Shown: piece after piece, positions 1-11,522 of the stretch
Layout: every line of letters starts with the position of its first letter
Numbering within the stretch: the stretch's first letter is position 1
From: Blastocystis sp. Blastoise
Lineage: Eukaryota > Protista > Bigyra: Opalinata
Length of the DNA: 64,000 bases
Assembly (NCBI GenBank): GCA_039096225.1
Contig: JBBPEB010000028.1
Span: 62,001 to 126,000 of the forward strand
Reading direction: 5' to 3'
Notes under the pieces: generated by a model
What the model was told of the DNA's origin: nothing
The model's database searches: none
The model's input: only the letters and a program-made list of their open reading frames with translations
Translations under genes and position numbers: made by a program

Positions 1-243
1 AAATTCTTAGAAGCTGTTTTACCTGTATATATAATATATAAATAATATGATTAATAATAAATATAATAATAATAATAATAAATATAATCAATATAATAAA
101 TATAATAAATATAATAACTTATATATAACATATAGGATCTTAAGACTAATGCTGAGGGTGTATGTACTTATAAGGGTGTTCCTTTCACGACTTCTGCTGG
201 TGTTGTCACTTGCGAACAATTCAAAGACTGCCATATCTCTTAA
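1..243 (+). CDS. 3' end of an unidentified gene (partial; last two exons)
   Basis: Exon 1-24 (KFLEAVLP), a GTATAT...TATAG intron, then DLKTNAEGVCTYKGVPFTTSAGVVTCEQFKDCHIS and TAA at 241-243. Family not recognised. Confidence 0.7.
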
Positions 244-760
244 TTCTATTAAACACTTTTCTTCAACTACTTTTTGAACTAAATAAAATCAAGTCATTCT
301 ATGAGCTTTATTTCTTAATTATTCTTTTGTTATTCACTTCTTATTTCATAATAAACTTTAATTTATATATATAATTCGAGAGAGAATTACCCTATAAAAA
401 TAACTATAACTCACAACAAAGTATCATGATTGTTATTTGGATATGTATATATATCTTATCATTTAACAAAATATCAAATTAATATAATAAAAATATTTAC
501 TGATTATAAAAAATTCATTAAACTTAAATTTTTATGGTTAAAATTAAATAGAATCGTTTTATAGTAAACAAAGCAATTAAAGAACAATAACAAACAAGTA
601 TTAAAAGAACATAAACAGCTTGAGCAAAACAATACACCATATGAATGAATAAAATATCCTTATTTATTAATAAATAAAAATACTTTTTTCTCATCAATAT
701 AAATTATTAAATACATATATAGGATGAATAGTTGATTATTAACTATAGTAATCCTACTAT

Positions 761-3700
761 TTATTGTCTACGTGGGTAATAATTATAAGGAGGTCGAGGA
801 CCCTGAGATCGAGGATTCGGAGGTCGATTACTATATATATATATATATATATATAAAGGTTAATAAAACTGGAAAATATATTATATATTGAAAAGAGTGA
901 TGATAATATTAATATAATAATAATAATATCAAAATAATATATAATAATATATAATAAACAATATATACTCATAATTAAAGAGCGGTCTATTTGCTTCTCC
1001 CGAGGGTTGATACCTTGTGAATGAGTTTTCTTCTTCTTCTTTAACAGGAGAGATAGAAGCCATAGGAGATCTAGAAGGATTACCATAGGTAGGACGAGTA
1101 ACAGCTCCTTCTTTTGGCATATAATTATTAGATACATTTTGAGATGGAGGATAGGAGGGATAATCACGATCATAGTCCTATATATACAATAATAATAATA
1201 ATAACATTTATATAATAAAAATAATATAATTTCAATATAATAATGAGAATATATAATATATATACATATCTAGAATTATTAGTTGGCGCGTTTCCTCTTG
1301 GAGGGAGTGAGGGATCTTCAGGACGATAGAAATCGGCGGGTCTTGAAGGTATAGATTGACGATCTGGTCGAGGAAGACGAGGATAATCGCGGGAATATGG
1401 AGGATCATTAGGACCAGGTCGAGGAATAGGACGTTGATCATTTGGGGGTCGAGCACGTGGATCGTACGGAGGACGAGCACGTGGATCATAAGGAGGACGT
1501 ACACGAGGATCATAGGGAGGTCGAGCACGTGGATCGTAAGGAGGACGAGCATATCGAGGATCAGGACGTGGATATCGAGGGTCAGGACGTGGATATCGAG
1601 GATCAGCACGAGGATCAGCACGAGGATCACCACGTGGAGGATATCCTTGTGGATATTGTGCTGGATATCGTGGAGGATAACGATGATCTTGAGGATTCAT
1701 ATTAGGGTTAGGACGTGGCATAAGAGAAGGAGAAGTAGAAGAAGAAGGACGAGGTATAAGAGAAGGAGAAGAAGAAGAAGGTGTAAGAGAGAGAGGTCTT
1801 GGTTGTTGTTGTGATGGATAATTATAAGGATTTAAAGAAGATAATTTATTATTAGGAGTAGAAGACGAAGGAGGAAGAGGAGTAGAAGGAGATGTAGTTA
1901 GAGGAGAAGGTTGAAGAGTAGAAGAAGAAGTAGTAGTAGCAGAGGGAAGAAGAGGAAGAGGAATAGATCGACGAACACAGAAGAGTATATGAGGAAATCG
2001 TCTATAAGCATTATTAGCAACATAACTAAATGTAGGCATGGATTGAGCAGTTAAATTATCCACAGCAGGGGGAACAAAGTAACTAAAAGAATATATAGAA
2101 TAAGATAGAGAATAATATATAATTATAAAAAACTATTAAATAATAGAAACTATTAAATAATAGAAACTATTAATAATTGTATATAATTGAAAAAAGAGAT
2201 TATAGAGCAAAATATATATATAAAAAAAAAAATACATATATAACAATAAGTCAATATAATTACATTTTTATAGAAGATTGTTCATTTAATATAAATCCAA
2301 CTCGTTTATTTTTAGCCAATTCTGTACATATAGTTGTTAAGTCAGATCTATATATATATAATAAATATAAAAAATGATTTAACAAAAAAATTATAATAAA
2401 ATAAAATAATATAAAATAAAAATATGAATAATATACTGTTGGTCTGCATTATCGACTTCAACAATGGCCCAATAATGATCATAATTACCTGCATTCATAC
2501 TCTCCTTCCACCATTTCTCTGTAACTTCTATATTAGACTTCCCATATATATAGAGTAAATCGGGTATACGTATAGAGATATTTTCAGGATGATCCGGAAT
2601 AGAAATAAATGTATAAGAAATCGGGATTTTAGGATAAGTTAATTGATATAATACTGTTTGATAATTACTATGTAGAGCAGCAGGAATAGTAACTAAAGAA
2701 TAAGCAGGTTTTTCTATTTGTTTTGATACTTTAGGTTTTGATTTAGCTGGAGTAGAAGTAGTTTCTGTTAGTTCTATTGATTTATTATTAGTGGTATCAT
2801 TATTATCATTAGTAGCATCTTCTGGAATATAATCAATGGGAACATCATTGGTATCCTTATTATTATCGAGTTCCATTTGTTCATCGTCTGATAGCTCAGG
2901 GAGTACAAATAACTCTTCATCTTCTTCTTTATTATTATTCTGATTCTCTTCATTGTCATTATCACTATTATTATCATTATTGTTCATCTGATTATACTGT
3001 TGATAACTTGTAAAGCCTGTATAATCATTCGTATCATTTATATCATCATTTGTATTAAGCATCATAGAAGATAAACTATCTGGATTCATCTCCATTCCTT
3101 CAGAAGTTAATAAATTACTATCTGAAGTCTCGGATGTTATAGGCATATTATTATCTTCTTTATTTATATTTAAATCAACAGTAACAGTAACATCTCTTTC
3201 TTCCTTTAAGATTTGTTCTTTATGAGCTACAGGTACAGAAGGAGTATTAACGTCTTTAGGTGTATTCACAGATGGAGTAGTAGGAATAGAAGCACTAGGT
3301 AAATTCAAAAACTCTATACCTTTATGTGTTTTCTTAATAATCATATCATCTGCAGTATTAGTGACTAATACATTTTCTTTTAAGTATTCTAATTCTTTCT
3401 CTTTTTTCCATTTCTGCTGCTCACGATTGGCTAATTCTTCTGACGTCATCGAGCAGAATTCTTGACCAGTTACTTCACCTATATAATATATAGTTTATTT
3501 ATGTAAATATAAAACTAAATAAATAGTTAAAATATAAGTAATGAAGAATATACCTGTAAATACTCTATATCTTAATTCAGGATTATCAGGGTCATTTAAA
3601 CTGTAACATAAATTACGAAACTTATTTGTATATCTATATATATATAGAATTATTCTATTCTATTTATTATAGTAAAGTATTTATTATTATAAAGAATGAT

Positions 3701-3934
3701 GTGAATATAATGTAATATAAGTATATGATCAATAAAGTATATATATATAGATATATATACGCTTCAAACTGTGAACTATCATATAAAGGAAACATACGAA
3801 ATAAAGCATTTTCTATATCTATACATATTTCAGAAGAATCAATAGTATCATATTCTTTATTTTCATCTTTATATTTCTGAATAATCTCACCAAACTTCTT
3901 TAGAGTATTACGTCTAGTCTAAATATAATAATAA

Positions 3935-4009
<75 letters not shown>

Positions 4010-4040
4010 ATATATATATATATAAATAAAAATAAAAATA

Positions 4041-4083
<43 letters not shown>

Positions 4084-4609
4084 AATAAAATAAAATAAAA
4101 ACAATATAAACTACATATACGCTGTTCATTATTCCTGAAGAAATAATAGGAGTTTTCTTTTTATGAACAGTTTTAGACTTTTCTTTTATAACTTCTTTCT
4201 TATCCATTGGTAATTCAGTTTTTATAGACGGACGAATATTTGTTTCTATTATAGATTTGGCATCTCGACGTGCAATAGTTTCATTTGTCTTCGAAGATAC
4301 TTTCGTTTCTTGCTTCTTTATTGAAGGTAAAGGTGCGTTCTTCGTATTTGAAGACTGTGAAGGAATAAACAACTCAGGCAAACTTTTATCACTTGGAATT
4401 ATCGGTGCTTTTTGAATATTACTGAATATTTCATTTTGATCAGGAACCATATCAGCACTTTCGTTCCAATAATACTTAAAAATATTGATATTCTTCAAGA
4501 ATGTCACACGATTTGGAACATAAACTTGTAGACACTCAGCACTACATAATGGATAGAATATATCTTTGCAAGGTTTTTTACAAACCAGGCATAAACCATT
4601 TGAATTCAT
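761..4609 (-). CDS. TFIIS-central + SPOC domain protein (PHF3/DIDO1/Bye1-like), 8 exons, Pro/Arg/Tyr-rich tail
   Basis: All 7 GT-AG introns are phase-consistent. N-terminal CxxC...CSxEC cluster, TFIIS-M (IENALF...YTNKFRNLCYSLNDPDNPELRYRVFTGEV...MTSEELAN), SPOC-like region (IPDLLYIYGKSNI...KRVGFI...YFVPP) and C-terminal PPYDPRAR repeats. Confidence 0.75.
3935..4100. repeat. Intronic (AAAT)n/(AAAAT)n microsatellite
   Basis: Tandem AAAT units inside intron 1 of the TFIIS/SPOC gene. Confidence 0.9.
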
Positions 4610-5019
4610 TTTCAACTACCCAATATTAGGCAATATACTTTTAAAAACAAAAAGAAGGCAGAAAAGAATGACTTCAGCAATTTATCATCATTTCTCCGCG
4701 ATTATCGTTATTTTGCGGTTTTCCCTATGAGAAATTCTTTTTACCTACCTAAAAACGATAAGTTGATTCCAAGAAATTAAGGTAATCTTGATGAATCCAT
4801 CTAATTATCGGTATTTAACTAGGAATCAGTCAAAAAGAAAGTTTTTTCATCCTCGCCTTATAGAGGGATAAATGAGAAAAAAACTGCTAAATTAGGGTGA
4901 AAAAAAATTCTTGTTTTTTTTTAACGCCAAAAAAAACCATGATTATCAGAATCTTCCTTTTAGAAAACTTTTTCTAAAGTATATACTTGATTAAATTAGG
5001 CATAAATTTATATTGAATC

Positions 5020-6824
5020 ATGGAAATAATAAATTCAGAAGTTGCTTGGGATCCTTATGTCAAAGAAAAGAAATTAGGTGAACATATGAAGATTTCAGAT
5101 ATTCATTTTCAGATATTAAAACATAAAGATGATAAGGGATTAATCGAAGAGTTTTTAAAATTAATTAAACAATATGAAATGGCTGCATATTACAAAACGG
5201 TGTATGAAGAATGTGGTTTAGAGTTTGATCAGAAGTTTTACGATGATATGGTTGATAATAACACAAAAGTTCTTGCAGAAATGGAAGATAAATTATCAAA
5301 AGCTAAAGAAACTCAAGGAGATGATGATATTTTAGATTTATATATAGAAAAGGTATGTTGATGATAAATTTAGGGTTCTATATATATACTTGTTAAATAT
5401 GAATGAATGATTCCCTATATGATTTTATTATTATTATTTATAATTATGTTTGACTATTAATATAGGCCAATCTCTTATTTGAATTAGGTCAAAAGAATGA
5501 ATGTTTAGCTGCCTATGAAGAAAGCCTTGAACATAAAATGTCATTAAATATGAAAATTGATATATATATGAGAATAATGGATTTATCTTTATTTCATGAT
5601 GATATGGAGTTATTTAAGAAGTATTATGATATTACGGCTAATGCCCTTAAAGAAGGAAGCGATTGGGAACATAAAAACAGATATAAAATATATAATTATT
5701 CTTCTATTTTTTTATAAATATATTATTATTGTTTAAATATGTATTTTTTTTAAATAAATGTATTATTATGATTTATATACATATATTCTTATTTTTAATA
5801 AATTTATTATTATGGTTTATATACATATATTTTTTTTTATAAATATATTATTATAGTTTATACATATATTCTTCTTTTTTTTATAAATTATATATAAATA
5901 TATTTATTGATTTTAATACTATATAGATATATGAAGGTATAAATAGTATAATAAAACGTGATTTATCGATTGCTGCTGATCTCTTTATGACTTGTATTCC
6001 TACATTTACTTCTTATTCTCTTTTTACTTTCCAAACTGAAATTATGTATTCTATTATATGTTGTATTATATCCAAGTCACGTGCAGATATCAAGAAGTAT
6101 CTTATAGATTCTTCAGATACCACCATTGTACTTACGGATATACCTATTATTAAATCACTTCTTTATTCATTTTATGAGTGCAGGTATTATAGATATATAT
6201 TTAATTATTTATTTATATTTATGTTTTATATACATATATATATGTAGTTATGTTTTATTTATATGTTTATATATAGATATAAAGATTTCTTCCTTGCTTT
6301 ACTTGATTTAGAGCCTATTTTAGAAAATGATAAATATATGAGTAAACATATTCATTATATTATTCGTGAATTACGTATTCAAGCCTATAATCAATATCTT
6401 AAAAGCTATAAAACATGTACAATGGATTCTATTGCTCATATTTTTGGTGTTTCAACTCAATTTATTGATCAAGAATTATCTAGATTTATTTCTGCAGGAA
6501 GAATCCAAGCTAAAATAGATAAAGTATATATATAATTTATTTTTTTTTATTATATTATTTATTTTATTATATTATATTATATTATATATATATTATATAT
6601 TATATATTATTATATTATTATATTATATTATAAATATATTATATTCTATTATAAATATAAATAACATTTTTTTAAACGCTTTGCTAATACTATCATTTTT
6701 TTAGATTGGTAATATTATTGAAACAAAGAGTAAAGAATATGATAGTGTTTATAACGATATATTTAAGAAGGGTGATGCAATGATTGAAAGACTTCAACAA
6801 TCAGCAAGAAATGTTAATATTTAA
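5020..6824 (+). CDS. RPN7: 26S proteasome lid subunit Rpn7 (PSMD6), 5 exons
   Basis: EMAAYY, GSDWEHKNRYK|IYEG...RDLSIAADLF...TFTSY, and PCI domain IRELRIQAYNQYLKSY...FGVSTQFIDQELSRFISAGRIQAKIDK. Intron 2 has a non-GT 5' end (see findings). Confidence 0.95.
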
Positions 6825-7065
6825 ATTTATTCTTTTTTTCAATACATATATTTCTATTCATTTATACTTTTATCATCTTCATTCATACAAAACATGTTCT
6901 GTCTTGTTTTGTAAGTAATAAAAAAATATATAATATTTTCTTTAAAGAGTTATATAAATATATATTTATACTAGTCAGAAAAAAATACTAAATCAATAAT
7001 AGAACATAACAAATAACAATTGTATAATAAAACAAAACCTCAACCCAATAATTTGAAAAATGAAT

Positions 7066-7417
7066 TTAGAATTTAAAAGTAGGGAAAATACGAATATATT
7101 TATTGAATCTTGAAAGAATACTATTTTCAGCTATATATATATAGATTTATAAAACATATAATAAAGGTGAAAAAGTCAAATAAAATAATAAATTACTTTA
7201 AATGTATATAAAACATACTTTCGTTTGCAGAAAAAACTGATGGAATAGGTGTATATTGTGGAGAACGAATCTTCTGTAATTGTGCATCACTTAAAGTTGA
7301 GAATCCTTGTCTTTGCTTATGACGACGATTTGCTTTACAAATAACATAAAGATGACCCTTACGTTTTACGATTTGACAACATTTGCACATTTTCTTAATT
7401 GATGCCTGAACTCTCAT
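7066..7417 (-). CDS. MRPL36: Mitochondrial ribosomal protein bL36m with C-terminal extension, 2 exons
   Basis: [38 protein letters not shown] is the bL36 signature. One GT-AG intron, and the last exon ends IFPTFKF-TAA. Confidence 0.9.
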
Positions 7418-7862
7418 TTTTTTTATTGTTTATCTCCTCTATAGAAATAACTTTAAAATAATATACTAATGAAATACTATAAAAAAATGAAACAACTATC
7501 TTTTTAAACAAAAAGAATGAAAATTAATAATTCCTAGACTTTTCCTTGAATTAACACCAAAAACCACGGATATCTAGAATTATTTCCGTTTTTCATATTT
7601 TTTTTTCACGAAAAACTCTTTTTAATTTTATTCTTTCCTAATAATTGTTTAATTTAATAATAAATAGAACTACAAGATTTATACATATATCAAATAATAC
7701 CTAACGAGATAAAATTGATATAATATATATAGTATATTATAAATTAAGTGAATAATTCTCAAATCCGTTTTTTGACTTTTCATACGATTTCAGTGAATGA
7801 CTGAAATAATGAATAGAGAATCATATAATTATATAAAAAAATAAACACTTCTATATGTTTGT

Positions 7863-7949
7863 GCAGGGCTGATCTTGGCTGGTGTCAAGTGCGGACTTCA
7901 AATCCGTAGGGGAGTAATGGCCCAGCGGTTCAATTCCGCCTGACCTGCG
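7863..7949 (+). tRNA. tRNA-Sec: tRNA-Sec (anticodon TCA), eukaryotic 9/4 type
   Basis: GCAGGGCTG/CTGACCTGC acceptor stem with G discriminator, long D stem CTTGGC-TGGT-GTCAAG, anticodon arm TGCGGA-CTTCAAA-TCCGTA, long variable arm and T arm GCGG-TTCAATT-CCGC. T-run terminator at 7952-7956 and a TATA-like sequence near 7832. Confidence 0.95.
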
Positions 7950-8060
7950 TCTTTTTCATTTTTCTTGCTTCTTTTTGAATTCTTTTTTAAAAGAAAGAAA
8001 CAAAAAAAGATGTGTTTTCTAATTTTATATTAAGTGTTTTCTCTTTCATTTAAGTAAATT

Positions 8061-8752
8061 ATGTCTGATAATCAAGGTATGAATATATTGTTGTTATTTT
8101 TTATAAAATACAGAATTAAGAAACAGAAAAGGAGAACAAATTGAAACAATTGAAGAGACGAAAGAAGTTCCTGTTGATGATGAGTTAGAAAATAAGGAAA
8201 TCAAAGAAGAAAAGAAAGACATCAAAGAAGTCAAGCCAGAAGAAGAGCCTTCTACTGAAGATGAGCTTCCTGCTAATAAGGATGAACCTGAAGAAGAGGA
8301 TGATGAGGAATATGAAGAAGGTATATTATATGTTTCATTGATTTAAGAAAAACAATCATTATTTATTATATATTCATATTTCATTTTATGATTTATTACA
8401 ATAAAATAATGTTTATAGTGTCTGGAAGTGTTATTTTAATTCGTTTCATTATGCTTTTAACAGTGGTAATCAGCTTTGCTATTGTATGTTTGTTTTTTTT
8501 AAATTATTTCATTTATTTTACTTAATTTCGTGAATTGTAATGATATATTTATACTAATTATTTAATTTTAATTGAATAAATTTTTTTTTGTAGATTTTTT
8601 TTAAGATAAAGAAGGATTTTATTGACGCTGGTCCTGATGAAGGCTTTTTATATGCTCAATTAGTGTCAAGATTTTGCAAAGAGGAATGTACAGAAGAACA
8701 GTCTAGTATGATTGAAAGAATTATGACTAATTATCGTGCAAATAAGAATTAA
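8061..8752 (+). CDS. Small single-pass membrane protein with acidic N-terminal region, 4 exons (absent from ORF track)
   Basis: Three phase-consistent GT-AG introns give MSDNQELRNRKGEQ...(E/D-rich)...VILIRFIMLLTVVISFAIIFF (TM)...FCKEECTEE...RANKN-TAA. Confidence 0.75.
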
Positions 8753-9762
8753 AGTATATGAATTCTTCATTTATTTAATTATCAGTTCTTTGCCTTTTTT
8801 ATATTTGTTATTTTATAATAAACTTTTCTTTATTTATATGTTTTTTTATTAATTAAATAACTTAAGTTGTGTTGTAAATGTATTTATTGGTGTTATTATG
8901 GAAAATTAGAACAATAATGATATGTATAATAACAAATTTATCTATATTTTGAAATATTAAAAAGAATGAGAATTAACTTTAAAAAATGATTAAACACGAA
9001 TTAATATCAATCATAAAATATTTGAGAATTGTGAAAATTCATAATGAATATAAATAAAATAGTGTACAATTATTATGAAGCAGAAGAAGAAAGAAAAATT
9101 TCAATAAGTGTAAAAGAATAGAGTTCTTTTTCAAAATGAATAATCATATATATCCATAATTTAATATATATACATAGAATTAGATAAAAGAGAATGGTAT
9201 TCATTCAGTGATCATCTAAAAATTGATGATAACCTATTTTTAAACATATCAATTATATTTTTATATAATTGACAGAATAAGAATAATTTTACACACTACG
9301 TTATACCAAGAATCACATATTTTTGACATAATAAAATGTTGTTTGATGATAATTGAATACTTGTTCATAGATTGCATTCAAATAAGGACATAATTGTAGA
9401 ATTACAAAAAATATTACTTTATTTATTAAATTAATGCACGCATTAAGGAATCACAACCTTTCTTCCATCCAACTATTAACATAGATGAGAGACTTTTAGA
9501 ACATTAGTTGCAACAATGTGAATTCAAGTTAAGATTCTTTTGTAAAAATTAGAAAAATATAAACCTTAACATTGCACAGATATTCATAGAAATAATTTAC
9601 ATTGATCTTGAGTTAGTTGAATATTTTATAATGAATATTTAAAATTTTTGAAAAATATTTAAAAAATAACGAGAAGAGTAACAATTCCCAAGTTTAAAAA
9701 GAAAAGCAAAAAAAAATTATTTTGTATTTTTTTATTTATCGTTTATTTCATACATTAATTCC

Positions 9763-10093
9763 ATGAGTAGTGCTGTTAATCAACCATTAGTATAAATCAA
9801 CAAAAATCTATATGATAAGCATGTAATAATTGTATATATAGGATTTAATTCGTTTAAGTCTTGAAGAAACTATATTTGTAAAATGCAGAGGTGATAGAGA
9901 ACTTCATGGAAGACTCTTAGCATTTGATCAACATTTAAATATGATTCTTGCTGATGTTAAGGAAACTATTACTATAACTGAGGTAGATGAAGAAACAAAA
10001 GAACAAACATTCAAAAAGGTCGATCGTTTTATGGATATGCTCTTTGTCAGAGGTGATCTCGTTATTATCATTTCACCACCCTTGAGAACTTAA
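9763..10093 (+). CDS. LSM3: Sm-like protein LSm3, 2 exons (absent from ORF track)
   Basis: QPL|[36 protein letters not shown]...[18 protein letters not shown] matches the LSm3 Sm1/Sm2 motifs. Confidence 0.95.
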
Positions 10094-10951
10094 TATGTAT
10101 AGAAAAAAATGTAAAACATATTTACGATATATAGAGAACGATCATTAGTTCTTATCTTTTTATTCTCAGTAAATCCTATGTTACAATATCTTATTGTTTA
10201 CTTTATTTTTTAATTACTTGCTTTTTCATTACACACATATTATTTGTTTTGTTTTAATATATATTTTAAATTGGAATATTTCATGGATTTAGGTCAATTT
10301 CAATTTTTAAGTTCATTTAAATTTTTATTGAAGAGATAAAACCGTTTCATTATAATACGCAGTTTTGGGATGATTCAAATAAAAACTGATTATACACTAG
10401 TTATGTGAAAGACTATTTTTAAAATAAATTTTAGTTTATTTAAAAAAAATTTTTTTTGAAGCCTTTATTTTTGATGTTAAACATATCAGGCGACTGTGAA
10501 TAGTTAGAAACTTCGATATTCTGATAACAAAAACTTCGAATTCCAGTAATTACGCAAGAAACGTCTTTTATACGATATAAGATGCTATTTTTTGAATCAA
10601 TATATATCTTAACTATCTTAAACTATATATTGAATACATAGTAACTTATATTTTCGAGAAAAAACCGTTTTTTATGAATACTTTATTAACATGTTAATAT
10701 TCTGTGAATTTTTATGAAATGATTATCAAATGACGGGAATAGTACTATTTCATAGTTTCTTTTGGAATCAATAGAAAAACTTCATTTAATTTAGCATGGT
10801 GAGACGGTATTCACCATGTTAATAAGTAAATCATTGGATAAATGTAAATATAGACGAATCATTCAAATATAGCAAATATTCATGTTTATTTTCTGTTTGT
10901 AGTTTAAAATTGTACAAATAACTATTTCAGTCTATTGCGTGTCTAATTTCA

Positions 10952-11522
10952 ATGGTATATGTGTTATTTACATTTGGTTAATATGTTTTAGAACAGTCCT
11001 AAGCATACCATTCTTTGTATTCAACCTACTCCTGTCATGGCTAGTAGAACCTATTATGATTTCCCCACTGCTACTGAAGCTGTCAATGGTATGCATCTTT
11101 TTTACATCTAATTTCTGATATATGTATATGTATTTGATCATTATAGAAATCATTAGAATTTTTGAAAGAGAATTAAAGAGATTAAATCCTAGACTTGTTA
11201 ATATTACTTATGATATCAATAACATCTTCCAATACATTGATTCACTTTCTGAAATCACTATTTTAATGTATATACATGTTTTTTATAGTTTTATTCTATA
11301 TATATATATATTCATCGTTTTTATATATGTATTCATTGTTTTTTATTTATAAATATATATATTTATTATATTTTAATTAACATATTTCATAATTTGATTT
11401 ATAGATATATATATATTTTCTTTTTTTATAGTAATGAATATGATAACAATTACAAGCTCTTTGGTAAGGAACACATAAAGAGTAGAATCTATAATCTCTT
11501 CAATCGTCAATCTAGAAATTAA
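10952..11522 (+). CDS. ERH: Enhancer of rudimentary homologue, 4 exons
   Basis: M|NSPKHTILCIQPT...RTYYDF...FERELKRLNP...ITYDINNIFQYID...KEHIKSRIY. The first intron follows the ATG directly. Confidence 0.92.

Noticed and set aside
1440-1640. CRISPR-like periodicity
   Set aside because: Adjacent coding tandem repeats with no unique spacers, in a eukaryotic context with no cas genes.
1232-1814. Overlapping ORFs with periodic sequence (e.g. HVDRTEDEHVDH)
   Set aside because: They are alternative frames and antisense shadows of the Pro/Arg repeat exon.
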